From contig CAVSHF010000003.1 in the NCBI GenBank assembly GCA_963727805.1, positions 2,144,001 through 2,208,000 on the forward strand: a stretch of DNA of 64,000 nucleotides. The letters are read 5' to 3'. Under the pieces are notes generated by a model, which was not told where the DNA came from, ran no database searches, and saw only the letters and a list, made by a program, of their open reading frames with translations. The stretch's first letter is position 1. Each line of letters opens with the position of its first letter. This DNA is from an uncultured Nitrospiraceae bacterium (GTDB lineage Bacteria; Nitrospirota; Thermodesulfovibrionia; Thermodesulfovibrionales; Dissulfurispiraceae). Of the stretch, positions 48,824-59,828 are shown one piece after another. The translations under genes were made by a program, and so were the position numbers.

Positions 48824-50035
48824 TCAGATTAATTCTATCCCTTTGATTCGCGCCACCTGTTGCACATCCTTGTCGCCGCGTCCCGAAAGATTGACAATAA
48901 TAATCTTGTCCTTTGGCAACTCGGGAGCGAACTTCGTAACCTCTGCAAGTGCGTGGGCTGATTCGAGAGCGGGGATGATTCCTTCAGTCCGTGAAAGGAG
49001 TTCAAAAGCTGCGAGTGCCTCATCATCGACGGCGTAAGTATATTGTATGCGGCCTGAATCCTTCAAAAATGCATGCTGCGGCCCCACGGATGCGTAATCG
49101 AGACCCGCTGATACCGAATGCGTTTCGAGTACATTGCCATCATCATCCTGGAGCAGGTAAGTCCTGCATCCCTGGAGGACTCCGATAGAACCTCCTGCAA
49201 ACCGAGCTGCATGTTCTCCGGTTTCGATGCCTTTGCCCCCCGCCTCGACGCCGATCATTTTTATGTCATCGGAAAGAAATTCGTTGAACAGACCCATGGC
49301 GTTGCTCCCGCCACCCACACAAGCGATCAGGTAGTCGGGCAGTCTACCCTCGGCCTTGAGTATCTGCTTTTTCGCCTCTCTGCCGATCACAGCCTGAAAG
49401 TCCCTCACTACTGCTGGAAAGGGATGCGGCCCGAAAACTGTACCGAGCACGTAATGGGTCGTTCTCACATTAGCGGTCCAATCGCGCATGGATTCATTGA
49501 TAGCGTCTTTGAGGGTTTGCGAGCCAATAGACACCTCGTTCACTTTTGCTCCGAGAAGCTTCATCCTGAAAACATTCAGGGCCTGCCGCTTCATGTCAAC
49601 CGAACCCATGTAAATCTCGCACTCGAGATCGACAAGGGCGGCTCCCGTGGCCGTTGCAACACCGTGCTGACCGGCACCGGTTTCAGCAATAATCCGTTTT
49701 TTACCCATCTTTTTTGCTAGTAGGGCTTGGCCAATAGCGTTGTTGATCTTGTGTGCGCCGGTATGGGCAAGGTCTTCTCTTTTTAGGTAGATCTTTGCGC
49801 CCCCGAGATGCTCCGTAAGCCTCTTCGCAAAATAGAGTGGCGTCGGTCTGCCAATATACGTTCTCTGCAGAAGTTCGAGTTCGTCCTGAAAGGCTTTGTT
49901 ATGCTTCGCTTTTGCGTATTCCGCTTCAAGCTCCATAAGAGCAGGCATGAGGGTCTCAGGGGCGAACCTTCCCCCGTAGTTTCCGAAATAGCCTCTTTGA
50001 TCGGGTAATTTTTTTATGGTCTTACTGTCGCTCAT
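48824..50035 (-). CDS. trpB: Tryptophan synthase beta (TrpB1)
   Basis: [32 protein letters not shown]. Confidence 0.97.
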   Translation of the reverse strand: MSDSKTIKKLPDQRGYFGNYGGRFAPETLMPALMELEAEYAKAKHNKAFQDELELLQRTYIGRPTPLYFAKRLTEHLGGAKIYLKREDLAHTGAHKINNAIGQALLAKKMGKKRIIAETGAGQHGVATATGAALVDLECEIYMGSVDMKRQALNVFRMKLLGAKVNEVSIGSQTLKDAINESMRDWTANVRTTHYVLGTVFGPHPFPAVVRDFQAVIGREAKKQILKAEGRLPDYLIACVGGGSNAMGLFNEFLSDDIKMIGVEAGGKGIETGEHAARFAGGSIGVLQGCRTYLLQDDDGNVLETHSVSAGLDYASVGPQHAFLKDSGRIQYTYAVDDEALAAFELLSRTEGIIPALESAHALAEVTKFAPELPKDKIIIVNLSGRGDKDVQQVARIKGIELI

Positions 50036-50157
50036 AAAGTCAATTATTATATCATATTTCCTTGTAATTCAGTCCGCTATACGCAGTTTGCCCATGCTCT
50101 TATCATGCCCTTTTATGCTAAAATAGTTTTTACGAACTTATACCCCCTGGAGGAACT

Positions 50158-51513
50158 ATGTCGGAGACCAAGATTATCCTTTCTGAAAAAGAGATCCCAT
50201 CACAATGGTACAACATCATTGCGGATATGCCGAACCCTCCCAAGCCGCCTCTTCATCCCGCCACGAGGCAGCCGGTAGGCCCTGATGATTTAAGCGCTAT
50301 ATTCCCCATGGCCCTTATCGAGCAGGAGGTTTCAGGGCAGAGGTGGATCGATATCCCTGAAGAGGTGCGTGAGATTTATACACTCTGGAGACCCTCTCCG
50401 CTCTTCCGGGCCAAAAGGCTGGAGGCTTTCCTGAAAACACCGGCAAGAATATATTACAAATACGAAGGGGTAAGCCCTGCAGGGAGTCACAAGCCTAACA
50501 CAGCCATCCCGCAGGCTTATTATAACAAAAAGGCCGGCATCAGAAGGATCGCTACTGAGACGGGTGCCGGACAGTGGGGCTCGTCGATGGCCCTTGCAGG
50601 GACCATGTTCGGGCTCGATGTGACCGTTTATATGGTCAAAGTAAGTTATAACCAGAAGCCCTATCGTAGAATCGCTATGGAAACTTGGGGTGCTACAGTT
50701 CACGCCAGCCCATCGAACATAACCAACTCAGGAAGGAAGGCGCTTGAGGACTACCCTGATAGTCCGGGTAGTCTCGGATTAGCAATATCTGAAGCCGTAG
50801 AAGATGCGGCGACCCACTCTGACACAAATTATGCCCTCGGGTCAGTGCTCAACCATGTCGTCCTTCACCAGACAATCATTGGACAGGAGGTCAGGAAACA
50901 GCTTGCTTCAATAGGTGATTATCCCGATATCATCATCGGCTGCTGCGGAGGGGGGTCCAACTTCGGAGGCATCGCCTTCCCTTTCCTTGCTGATAAGATC
51001 CATGGGAAAGAGCTCAGGGCTATCGCCGTCGAGCCGAGTTCCTGCCCGACCCTGACAAAGGGAGACTTTAGGTACGACTTCGGAGATACAGCCGGGCTGA
51101 CACCGTTTCTGATGATGTACACCCTCGGCCACGATTTTATGCCCCCTGGTATCCACGCCGGCGGTCTCCGTTATCACGGCGATTCACCACTCGTCTCTCA
51201 ACTCTATAAAGACGGAATAATCGAGGCCAGAGCCTATCGCCAGTTGACCGTATTTGAAGCGGCAATGACCTTTGCAAAGACCGAGGCAATCATTCCTGCC
51301 CCGGAGAGTGCCCACGCCATCAGGGCCGCAATTGATGAGGCGCTCTTGTGCAAGGAAGAAGGCAAGGAGAAATGCATCCTATTTAACCTCAGCGGGCACG
51401 GCTATCTCGACCTCGCTGCTTACGACGATTATCTTAACGGGAAACTTGTAGATTTCGAGTATCCCGATGAGTCAATAAGGGAATCGCTGGCAAAGCTGCC
51501 TGTGATAAAGTAA
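50158..51513 (+). CDS. trpB2: TrpB-like enzyme (TrpB2)
   Basis: [40 protein letters not shown]. Confidence 0.92.
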   Translation: MSETKIILSEKEIPSQWYNIIADMPNPPKPPLHPATRQPVGPDDLSAIFPMALIEQEVSGQRWIDIPEEVREIYTLWRPSPLFRAKRLEAFLKTPARIYYKYEGVSPAGSHKPNTAIPQAYYNKKAGIRRIATETGAGQWGSSMALAGTMFGLDVTVYMVKVSYNQKPYRRIAMETWGATVHASPSNITNSGRKALEDYPDSPGSLGLAISEAVEDAATHSDTNYALGSVLNHVVLHQTIIGQEVRKQLASIGDYPDIIIGCCGGGSNFGGIAFPFLADKIHGKELRAIAVEPSSCPTLTKGDFRYDFGDTAGLTPFLMMYTLGHDFMPPGIHAGGLRYHGDSPLVSQLYKDGIIEARAYRQLTVFEAAMTFAKTEAIIPAPESAHAIRAAIDEALLCKEEGKEKCILFNLSGHGYLDLAAYDDYLNGKLVDFEYPDESIRESLAKLPVIK

Positions 51514-51624
51514 TTCTCAGCACTGCACGGACAGTAACCGTCATGAACCGACGTGACTGGACAATCCAGTGAAGACCTGAATGGTCCAGTCAAGCCGGAG
51601 CATGGCAAACATCCTGAGGTACTT

Positions 51625-52236
51625 ATGAAGGTCAAGATCTGCGGCATTACGAATCTGGACGATGCTCTCGCTGCAGTCGATTATGGCGCCGATGCTCTCG
51701 GCTTTGTATTTTATCCGAAGAGTCCCCGATGTGTAACGACTGATAAGGTGAGAGAGATAACGACACAATTGCCACCCTTCGTCATTACCGTCGGCGTATT
51801 TGTGAATGAAGAACCGGAAAAGATACGAGAGATTATGGCGTTGGCAAATCTTAAGACGCTTCAGCTCCAGGGAGATGAGCCACCTCAAGATTGTTCAATT
51901 TGGACCCCAACGATTAAGGCGTTCCGGGTCAAGGATTTTATCGACCTCAACCCACTTGAGCATTATAAAGGCATATCTGCATACCTGCTCGATACCTATG
52001 CGCCGTCATCTTATGGAGGAACAGGACAGATCTTCAACTGGGATATTGCCCTGGAAGCGAAGAGGTTCGGCAAGATTATTCTTGCAGGTGGATTGACGCC
52101 TGAGAACATCGAAAAGGCTGTCCGTTGGGTGAAGCCTTATGCCGTTGATGTCAGCAGCGGCGTCGAGGCAGAGAAAGGTAAAAAAAACCTGAAGAAGGTG
52201 AAGGAGTTTATCCAAAGAGCGAAAATCTCTTCGTGA
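51625..52236 (+). CDS. trpF: Phosphoribosylanthranilate isomerase
   Basis: MKVKICGITN, GGTG..FNW, LAGGLTPEN, VDVSSGVE. Confidence 0.95.
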   Translation: MKVKICGITNLDDALAAVDYGADALGFVFYPKSPRCVTTDKVREITTQLPPFVITVGVFVNEEPEKIREIMALANLKTLQLQGDEPPQDCSIWTPTIKAFRVKDFIDLNPLEHYKGISAYLLDTYAPSSYGGTGQIFNWDIALEAKRFGKIILAGGLTPENIEKAVRWVKPYAVDVSSGVEAEKGKKNLKKVKEFIQRAKISS

Positions 52237-52261
52237 TAACACTTTGACAGGCCCAGCTTAA

Positions 52262-52882
52262 TTATGAACGTTGTCGGCTCCTGAAATTCTCATCTTTGGC
52301 AGTTTTTAGAAAAACATCAATCTCTGTGCTCAACATCAGGGGAAGGTATCTTTCTATCGTTGCATCATCCCAATCCCACCAACGCACCTCCAACAAACTG
52401 CTTATCGTTTTGTCGTCAAATCGCATCTTTACAATTCTGGCCGGGTTGCCGGCTGATATTGAATATGCCGGGACATCCTTAGTCACAACTGCCCTAGTCG
52501 CGATAACTGCTCCGTCTCCGATATTGACTCCTGACATGATTATCGCTTCAGCACCGATCCAAACATCGTTACCGATAATAACATCCCCTTTTGTTTTGGG
52601 ATGTCCTTTGATATGCCGGGCGTATTGCCACTTCATATTGAATGGATAGGTCGTAACCCAATCCGTTCTGTGTTCACCACCTAGAAATATCTGAACGCCT
52701 GGCCCAAATGAACAGAATGCTCCTATACTGGCTTTGCTGTCGCCTTCACAAAAAAGGATCGTAAGGTCACCGTAAGTTCCTTTACCTATCTCATGCTGAG
52801 GATATTTATCCTGAAGAGTATTCGCTGTCTTTTTCTCTTGCTCGCAGCCGAAGAGTCTGCACAGTCGCATTAGTAAACTCAT
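52262..52882 (-). CDS. CatB/Vat-related hexapeptide-repeat O-acetyltransferase
   Basis: IGAFCS, HRTDWVTTYPF, IGNDVWIG, VTKDVP, WWDW. Confidence 0.85.
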   Translation of the reverse strand: MSLLMRLCRLFGCEQEKKTANTLQDKYPQHEIGKGTYGDLTILFCEGDSKASIGAFCSFGPGVQIFLGGEHRTDWVTTYPFNMKWQYARHIKGHPKTKGDVIIGNDVWIGAEAIIMSGVNIGDGAVIATRAVVTKDVPAYSISAGNPARIVKMRFDDKTISSLLEVRWWDWDDATIERYLPLMLSTEIDVFLKTAKDENFRSRQRS

Positions 52883-52938
52883 GATACTCTCCCGTCTTTT
52901 TACCTGTGATGCTCCGAATTATACATCTCTCAAGACGC

Positions 52939-53334
52939 TTAACTCCCAAGGGTCCTATCGCTCTTCATTGATGACACAGTAATAATCGTCTTGACATTTC
53001 CCCTCGGGTTGAAATCTCCGATAACCTCCAGAACCTTCGGCTTAAGAGCTTTTTTCAACTCGTCGAATATAAGGTTGGTCACTGCTTCGTGAGAAATTTG
53101 CCTGTCTCGGAATGCATTCAGATAAAGCTTCAACGCCTTCAGTTCGACGATCTTTTTTGATGGGACGTAGTTGATCTTTATCGTCGCAAAATCTGGATAG
53201 CCGGAACGCGGACAGAGACAGGTAAATTCAGGGAAAGAGATATGGATCTCATAATCCCGTTCCTGGCTCGGGTTGTCCCAGATTTCGAGCGCCGCTTTCT
53301 TTACCGCCTTTTCACCGTAACGCATCTCACTCAC
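52939..53334 (-). CDS. queF: preQ0 reductase (type I)
   Basis: [33 protein letters not shown]. Confidence 0.95.
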   Translation of the reverse strand: MSEMRYGEKAVKKAALEIWDNPSQERDYEIHISFPEFTCLCPRSGYPDFATIKINYVPSKKIVELKALKLYLNAFRDRQISHEAVTNLIFDELKKALKPKVLEVIGDFNPRGNVKTIITVSSMKSDRTLGS

Positions 53335-53339
53335 TCCCT

Positions 53340-55115
53340 TTAGCTTTTAGATTCAGCGCTTGTGAACTGCATGTTATACAGCTCCTGATAAAGACCTCCC
53401 TGCTGCATCAATTCTTCGTGGGTGCCCTCCTGTATGATCCTGCCGCCGCTCATAACCGCAATGCGCGTTGCCTTCTGGACCGTCGAAAGACGGTGCGCTA
53501 TGACAATAGTGGTCCTGCCGAGCATGAGCTTTTCGAGTGCCTTCTGGACCTGCTGCTCCGACTCGGTATCGAGAGATGAGGTAGCCTCGTCAAGGATAAG
53601 GATCGAAGGATTTCTAATAATTGCTCGGGCTATGGTAATCCTCTGTTTCTGGCCGCCGGATAGCCTCACACCTCGCTCACCTATCTGAGTTTCATATCCA
53701 TCGGGCAGTTCCATGATGAACTCATGGGCAAACGCCGACCGAGCAGCTTCGATGACCTGTTCTTCAGTTGCATCCTGACGGCCGAATAGTATGTTCGCCT
53801 TTATCGTATCGTCAAAAAGAATTATGTCCTGGGTCACGGTGCCGATATAGCCCCTCAGCGAATGAAGCGAGAGACTGTTTATATCTTGTCCATCGATGAG
53901 GATGGACCCTGCAGTCGGATACCAAAAGCCGGCGACGAGATCGACAAGGGTGCTCTTGCCTGCTCCGCTGTAGCCGACCAATGCTACAATCTCTCCCTGC
54001 CTTATCGAAAGGTTGACACCCTTGAGCGCATCAACCTGAGATTCGGGATATCTGAAATGGACATGGTCAAACACAATGTCGCCTTTTACCTCAATATCGT
54101 GACCGCCCGGCTTTTCGGGTTCGACCGCAATGATCTCCCTGATCCTCTCAAGTGCGGTTCGTCCCTGCTGAAAGTTATTATGGACGCGGCTCAGCCGCTT
54201 GAGGGGTGTGAACATCAACCCTATGGCAATAATGAATGACCCGAAGTCTCCAGCTGTCATCGTTCCGGCAATAACTTGGCTGAACCCGTAGAACAAAATG
54301 ATTGAAATGCCTATACCGCCGAGCACCTCTGAAATAAGGTACGATGCCTCATTTATCCGGGTCTCCCTCATCGAGTTGCGATAATGATCAGCAAGCGTCC
54401 GCTCATTCCTGGCCTTCAGTCTATCTTCCATGGTAAAGGCCTTGATGATCTTGATGCCCTGTAGGGTTTCATTGATTATCGCCGTAATCTTAGCTAGTAG
54501 CAGTCTTGTCGTCATGCTTGTCTTTTTCATCTTCGATCCGAGTTTGCCTATGCTTAAGACAATCAGCGGGACCACAATAAAAGAGATGACTGCTAGGTCC
54601 CATTTACGGTAGATTGCGACGCCTGCAAGTACGATGACAGTACAGATCTCGACGGTAAAGTCCTTGATGGTGCTCATCGTGCTTTGCAGCAGATTGGCAT
54701 CATTTAGCAGCTTGGAAATGATCACGCCGCTCGAAGTCCTCGTATGGAACGAGACGGGAAGGGCCAAGATCTTTTCGTAAACCTCCTGTCTGACCACCCT
54801 TACTATCTTTGCACCGATTGACTGCATCAGATAATTATTGAAAAAGGTGAAAAGGCCCCTGAAAAAGAATAGCAGAACAATGCCGACCGTGAGGAGATAG
54901 ACATAATCCGTCTTCTTCATGATCAACAGATCATCAATAGCCGATTTGGTGCCCCAGGCTATGGCGCCGTTAGTTCCCGAGAGAATAAGACTGCAGACAA
55001 GCGCAGCTGACAGCCTGCCTATGTATGGGTTCGAGAGGAGCCAGAAGATGCGGAGGTCGTCATGCCACCTGTCGTTTCGGAACCGTTTGAATGCATCTTC
55101 GATTTTCGTGCTCAT
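53340..55115 (-). CDS. msbA: MsbA-like lipid A ABC flippase
   Basis: TM domain plus [24 protein letters not shown]. Located in the LPS cluster. Confidence 0.85.
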   Translation of the reverse strand: MSTKIEDAFKRFRNDRWHDDLRIFWLLSNPYIGRLSAALVCSLILSGTNGAIAWGTKSAIDDLLIMKKTDYVYLLTVGIVLLFFFRGLFTFFNNYLMQSIGAKIVRVVRQEVYEKILALPVSFHTRTSSGVIISKLLNDANLLQSTMSTIKDFTVEICTVIVLAGVAIYRKWDLAVISFIVVPLIVLSIGKLGSKMKKTSMTTRLLLAKITAIINETLQGIKIIKAFTMEDRLKARNERTLADHYRNSMRETRINEASYLISEVLGGIGISIILFYGFSQVIAGTMTAGDFGSFIIAIGLMFTPLKRLSRVHNNFQQGRTALERIREIIAVEPEKPGGHDIEVKGDIVFDHVHFRYPESQVDALKGVNLSIRQGEIVALVGYSGAGKSTLVDLVAGFWYPTAGSILIDGQDINSLSLHSLRGYIGTVTQDIILFDDTIKANILFGRQDATEEQVIEAARSAFAHEFIMELPDGYETQIGERGVRLSGGQKQRITIARAIIRNPSILILDEATSSLDTESEQQVQKALEKLMLGRTTIVIAHRLSTVQKATRIAVMSGGRIIQEGTHEELMQQGGLYQELYNMQFTSAESKS

Positions 55116-55142
55116 GATTATATTACAGACACCTCAAATTTA

Positions 55143-56174
55143 TTAAAGACAGCTTCTATTATATAGCAGTCTATCCAATGCCGCGAAGACAGCTACGACA
55201 CTTATGTCCTCAGCCCTTCTGCTTTTTTCCTGCAGGATGATGTGGTTAATTCCGAAAGGCCGCCACCGGTCCTGATTGGTCGAGCCCCACATCGTAACTA
55301 TCGGCTTGCCGAGGCCGGCAGCCATGTGCATGGCGCCTCCGTCCCCGCAAACGACGATATCCGCCATGCTCAGGACTGCGATGAGTTCTGAAAGGTGGGA
55401 TGTTCGACAGGCGAGAACGTCCTGTCCGAGAGCATTCACAATAGCACCCGCCTTCTCATCGTCGCCCGGATGATAAACATTCTTTTCGCTGCCCGGAGAC
55501 CATAAAAGCATAATGCGCGTGCCATAGCGCTCGGCCCATTTCCCGCCTAGAGAGATAAAGTGGTCTAAGGGCCAGCGGTTTTCAGGCCTTCTGCTGCTGA
55601 TATGCATCGCGAGGCACGGTTTCCCAATGCCTCCGGCTGCATCCGCAAGTGATTTAAAATACAGCATTTCGTGCTGTGATGGGAATACTCTCATCTTCGG
55701 CGCTTCCCCTGTCACACCAAGAGGAGAAAGAAGATTCATAGTCCTTTCGACCTCATGGAGATTTCCATCAGGCTCAAGCAGCGGGACGGTATACCAGCGG
55801 GATGCATCGACACCCTTTTTTGTGTACCCGATCCTTATCCGCGCCCGTGTCATATGCGTATAGCAAGCTAGGCGGGGAGAAAACGAGCCGCAGCCGATCG
55901 CAACATCATACTTCTCCCGCCTGATTCTGCGGAGCACATTCGCATTGCTCATCCATACGGTCAACTTGCTTTTCTCTGGTGAATGCTTTGCTTTTTCGTA
56001 AACATAGACCTCATCAATATCGGGGTTACCGGCTATGGCAGCGGCATTGTATGTATTCACCAATATGCCTATCTTCGCGTTCGGATACGCTTTGCGCGCA
56101 GCAGACATAGCAGGCGTCGTACAGACGAGATCGCCAATATTGTCGCGTCGAATAAATAGGATCTTACCGATCAT
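55143..56174 (-). CDS. GT9 heptosyltransferase-like
   Basis: RDNIGDLV..TP, RWP, DGGAMHMAA. Confidence 0.85.
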   Translation of the reverse strand: MIGKILFIRRDNIGDLVCTTPAMSAARKAYPNAKIGILVNTYNAAAIAGNPDIDEVYVYEKAKHSPEKSKLTVWMSNANVLRRIRREKYDVAIGCGSFSPRLACYTHMTRARIRIGYTKKGVDASRWYTVPLLEPDGNLHEVERTMNLLSPLGVTGEAPKMRVFPSQHEMLYFKSLADAAGGIGKPCLAMHISSRRPENRWPLDHFISLGGKWAERYGTRIMLLWSPGSEKNVYHPGDDEKAGAIVNALGQDVLACRTSHLSELIAVLSMADIVVCGDGGAMHMAAGLGKPIVTMWGSTNQDRWRPFGINHIILQEKSRRAEDISVVAVFAALDRLLYNRSCL

Positions 56175-57484
56175 GCAGTGCCGCTCTTCGGGCGTACCGC
56201 CGGAAAACCCTTCGTCACAGCCATCCCCATGCCGAGGAGAAGCATGAAGAGCAGCTTGGAGTCCCCACCGTCAAAACTCCCGAAAAAATTATTGACCCAG
56301 TAGCCTGTCATCATAGTTACAAGAGATGCAGTCATATAATGAGATAGACCTGTTTTATCGGTCAAGCTTTTTCGCCAGTTTTTCCAGCAGACAACCAAGA
56401 ACGTCCCAATCATCCAGAGGAAAACGATCAGACCCTGTATCCCGAGTTCAAAGGCCATTCCGATAAATGTATTGTGCGTCTGCGCAAATATAAAGTGTTT
56501 GTTCTTCTCGGTCTTAACAATGTTGCCGAATAAAAACCTTCCATACCCGTGCGGATAAAATGGGTTCTTACCTATTTCCAGAAGTGCGGTTTTCCACATA
56601 CCAAGCCGCTGCTGCATGCCCTTTGTAGAAGACCCTACAATTTGTTCCGGCGACAGCTCGATTAATTCCCTAATACTTGGTATCCGGTCGGTCTGCATCT
56701 CGCGAAACATCCCGCTCTCGATGTAGACGCTCCCGACAAGAATCGGCACGACAAGAAGGAGGATACCCATTCTACGTCGTTTCTCTATCATGAGCATCAT
56801 TCCCGCAAAGAATATCTGTACGCCCACCGCAAGAATCGCAGCTCGAACATAAGTAATATGCAGTGCCGCTAGATTGATAATGAGCAACGCAACAAGTCCG
56901 GTACGTGGCCATGGTTTTTTGAAATAATATGCACCCCAAAATATAAAAGGGATCATTATAGTGTGATAAAGCGCCGCGGCTTCACCCCCGCCAGGGTCCC
57001 TGAGTCCACCAGCCTTATATATCGTGTAAGTAAGCCAATTACCTTCGTGCATTGCAAAATCATAAAAGGAATAGCAACTAAATACTAAGTTGCCGAAAAA
57101 GAAGACCGACATCAATAATGAGATATCTCGCTCTTTTCGGATACCAAGGTACACAGTATAAAAGAGAATAATCGGCGTGATGAGCTCGCCCCATACTTCC
57201 CTGATGCTGCGGTAACTGTTTACAGAAAAAGGAATGGAAGAAACCGCAACCATAAAAAAGATTACGAATTGCAGTTCATAGGATGTGGGGTCCCAACAAA
57301 ATTGATGGGATTGAAAAGCTCTTATGAGAAGCAACCCGGCGGGAATAAAGAGGGCAAAAGCGCGAATCGTTGGTGTATGAGCGATCGGCAGCGTAACGAT
57401 GAGCACCGAGAGACACAAAAGAATGGCCCAATCGATCCAGACCAGCATCGAGTCGCACTTTTCGCCCAGAATTCCCGGCTTCAT
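56171..57484 (-). CDS. O-antigen ligase (WaaL)-like membrane protein
   Basis: Multi-TM protein with TYVRAA, QRLGMW..GYG, HNTFI..ELGI.G. ATGA overlap with the upstream gene. Confidence 0.8.
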   Translation of the reverse strand: MKPGILGEKCDSMLVWIDWAILLCLSVLIVTLPIAHTPTIRAFALFIPAGLLLIRAFQSHQFCWDPTSYELQFVIFFMVAVSSIPFSVNSYRSIREVWGELITPIILFYTVYLGIRKERDISLLMSVFFFGNLVFSCYSFYDFAMHEGNWLTYTIYKAGGLRDPGGGEAAALYHTIMIPFIFWGAYYFKKPWPRTGLVALLIINLAALHITYVRAAILAVGVQIFFAGMMLMIEKRRRMGILLLVVPILVGSVYIESGMFREMQTDRIPSIRELIELSPEQIVGSSTKGMQQRLGMWKTALLEIGKNPFYPHGYGRFLFGNIVKTEKNKHFIFAQTHNTFIGMAFELGIQGLIVFLWMIGTFLVVCWKNWRKSLTDKTGLSHYMTASLVTMMTGYWVNNFFGSFDGGDSKLLFMLLLGMGMAVTKGFPAVRPKSGTA

Positions 57485-58608
57485 TCCCACGCTCCTCCTT
57501 GGTCGATCAATTCATTGACCGCATTCACCACATCGGCGGTGGTAATTCTTGCTATGCATGCACGGTCGCCTTTCCTACAAGCATGGGCTACCTTAAAAAC
57601 ATAAGTGCACGGCACACAGGGCAGGTGATATTGAAGAACCTTGACACGCTTGCCGCCCGGTCTTTGCTCGGACGTATCGATCGGACCGGCAAGATGCAAG
57701 ATCGGCACGGATACCGCATCCGCCATGTAGGTTATACCGGTGTCTACTCCTATATACAGCGCCAGTCTCTCCAGAAGCGCAGGGAGCTGTCGGAGGTTCA
57801 ATGCGCCTGTAGTATCGATGGTCCTCTCTTTTTTTATGACGCCCTGCATCACCTTTCTTGCCACTTCTCTGTCTTGGTGTGACCCGATGAGTACGATGGA
57901 GACATCCAACGTTTTTGCCAATGCATTCACGATCTCCACGATCTTATCAGCGCCAAGCTCTTTAAGCTTGTTCCCGCTGCTGACGGCAAACCCTATCACC
58001 GGAGCCTCAATCTGCCCCAGAAGACGATCAACAGCCGCAGCCGCATCGGGAGATTTATAGACCTCCTTGGTTATGTCGCCGCTTTCTATGCCCAGGCAGC
58101 GTAGCGCGCGCACAGACGTTTCAGATATCAGGATTCCGGAAGCATGGCACTCAAGGCAGGTAAACAGTGCTGATGCGAACCTGAATGTGAAACCGGAAAA
58201 GTTAGGCATAATACTGATCCTTTGCGGGACCATTCCCCACAAGCCTGCTAACGCAAAGGGAATGTTAGGATTCAGACATATCAACACATCATAGCGCCCT
58301 CTGCATACCAGTTTCGACAATTTCACCTTACCGGCAAGGCCTTTATAGTCCGCAGTATTAAAGGTCAGGATCTCGTCCACATATGGATTATATTCCAATA
58401 GTTCCTTTGTGACAGGACTCACCAATGCTGTCAGACGGGCATTCGGATATTTTTTCTTAACTTCCCGAAAGACGGGCGTTGAGCAGACCAAATCACCGAT
58501 CTTTGCTGTCTGGATTACCAGGATTCTTTCGATTGCATCTTTTTTCCTCAAGATCATCAGAAGATATAGCAGAGGAGAAAAGAGATATGTGCAAAGCACG
58601 TATATCAT
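57481..58608 (-). CDS. GT9 glycosyltransferase
   Basis: AKIGDLVCSTP, GVDTGITYMA. Confidence 0.85.
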   Translation of the reverse strand: MIYVLCTYLFSPLLYLLMILRKKDAIERILVIQTAKIGDLVCSTPVFREVKKKYPNARLTALVSPVTKELLEYNPYVDEILTFNTADYKGLAGKVKLSKLVCRGRYDVLICLNPNIPFALAGLWGMVPQRISIMPNFSGFTFRFASALFTCLECHASGILISETSVRALRCLGIESGDITKEVYKSPDAAAAVDRLLGQIEAPVIGFAVSSGNKLKELGADKIVEIVNALAKTLDVSIVLIGSHQDREVARKVMQGVIKKERTIDTTGALNLRQLPALLERLALYIGVDTGITYMADAVSVPILHLAGPIDTSEQRPGGKRVKVLQYHLPCVPCTYVFKVAHACRKGDRACIARITTADVVNAVNELIDQGGAWE

Positions 58609-59828
58609 CCGGCTAAGACCTCAGAGAATAGCTCTTCAACACCTGCAATATATTTCTCTATCGAAAAGTTCTCGATCACACGCTTCCTTCCTTTTTCCCC
58701 CATAAGTTCCCTCAACCCGCGGTCATCCATCAGCCGAAGGAGCGCTTGAGACAGCTTATCGGGATTGGTCGGCACAAGGTAGCCTGTTTCGCCATCAATA
58801 ACAAGTTCAGCCGAACCCGTAACATTGGTAGCGACTACCGGCTTGGCCATCAGCATCGCTTCCAGTATGGATCTCGGGAAGCCCTCCCCATGCGAAGAAA
58901 GGACAAATATGTCGAGCGCGTTTATATATGAAATGGCATCATTCTTGAACCCCGCAAATATAATATCGTCTGCGAGGTCAAGGCGTTCTGAAAGCTGTCT
59001 AAGCCTTTTCACTTCAGGGCCAGTCCCGATAATAAGCCCCTTAAAACTCTTACCGCTTTCCCTGAGGCGCTTCAGTGAGGATATAAAGAGGTCGAATCCC
59101 TTTCGTTTCATTAATGATCCTACCATGCCTATCAGGACCTCGGCATTCCTTATCCCAAGCTCCTGCCTGATTTGACTTGGCGGTGTCGACGGCTTTATCG
59201 TCACGTCAATGCCGTTATAAACGACGCGCACTATGTCTCCCCTTATATTTTGCTTTACGTAGCCGTCTTTCAATCCCTCTGACACACAGATCATTCTTGA
59301 CAGATACATGTTTGCAAGCCTTACCTCTTCCGGCAACAGGCGGGCATTGCTTCGCGCGTGCTGGACTATCGGGATTGAAAAGCCTCCCTTTGTCAGAGCT
59401 CTCCCTAGATGCGCTGCCAAAAGGCCTTCCAGATTGGATGATGGCTGATTATTCATATAGAGCAGAGAATACTCATTTTTTCTTACTACATCCATAATTT
59501 TCTTCGCAGTCCTGTTTATTCGAGTATAAAAATCGATCCAGAAAACGGCTCTCCTCTTTAATGTCTTGCTACAAAAGAGTATGGCCCTCGAACATTCTTT
59601 CATGCTCTTGATGACGAGGCCCTGCCTCCTGATCGGCATGTGGATAAACTCTACTCCAAGACTTGAAAGCATATCGCCGATAGTAACCCCGTCATTCCTG
59701 CTGTAGTTATACAGAAATATTGCTGAAAATGAATACCTGTTTTTATCGATCCTCTTTACAAGTTCGAGCAGGCTGTTTGTTCCGCCCCCCCACTCCTTAC
59801 CGGTATCGAGGACCAGGATCTTCTTCAT
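58605..59828 (-). CDS. GT4 glycosyltransferase
   Basis: WGGG, VYNGID, EGFPRSILEAM..KPVVAT. Confidence 0.9.
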   Translation of the reverse strand: MKKILVLDTGKEWGGGTNSLLELVKRIDKNRYSFSAIFLYNYSRNDGVTIGDMLSSLGVEFIHMPIRRQGLVIKSMKECSRAILFCSKTLKRRAVFWIDFYTRINRTAKKIMDVVRKNEYSLLYMNNQPSSNLEGLLAAHLGRALTKGGFSIPIVQHARSNARLLPEEVRLANMYLSRMICVSEGLKDGYVKQNIRGDIVRVVYNGIDVTIKPSTPPSQIRQELGIRNAEVLIGMVGSLMKRKGFDLFISSLKRLRESGKSFKGLIIGTGPEVKRLRQLSERLDLADDIIFAGFKNDAISYINALDIFVLSSHGEGFPRSILEAMLMAKPVVATNVTGSAELVIDGETGYLVPTNPDKLSQALLRLMDDRGLRELMGEKGRKRVIENFSIEKYIAGVEELFSEVLAG

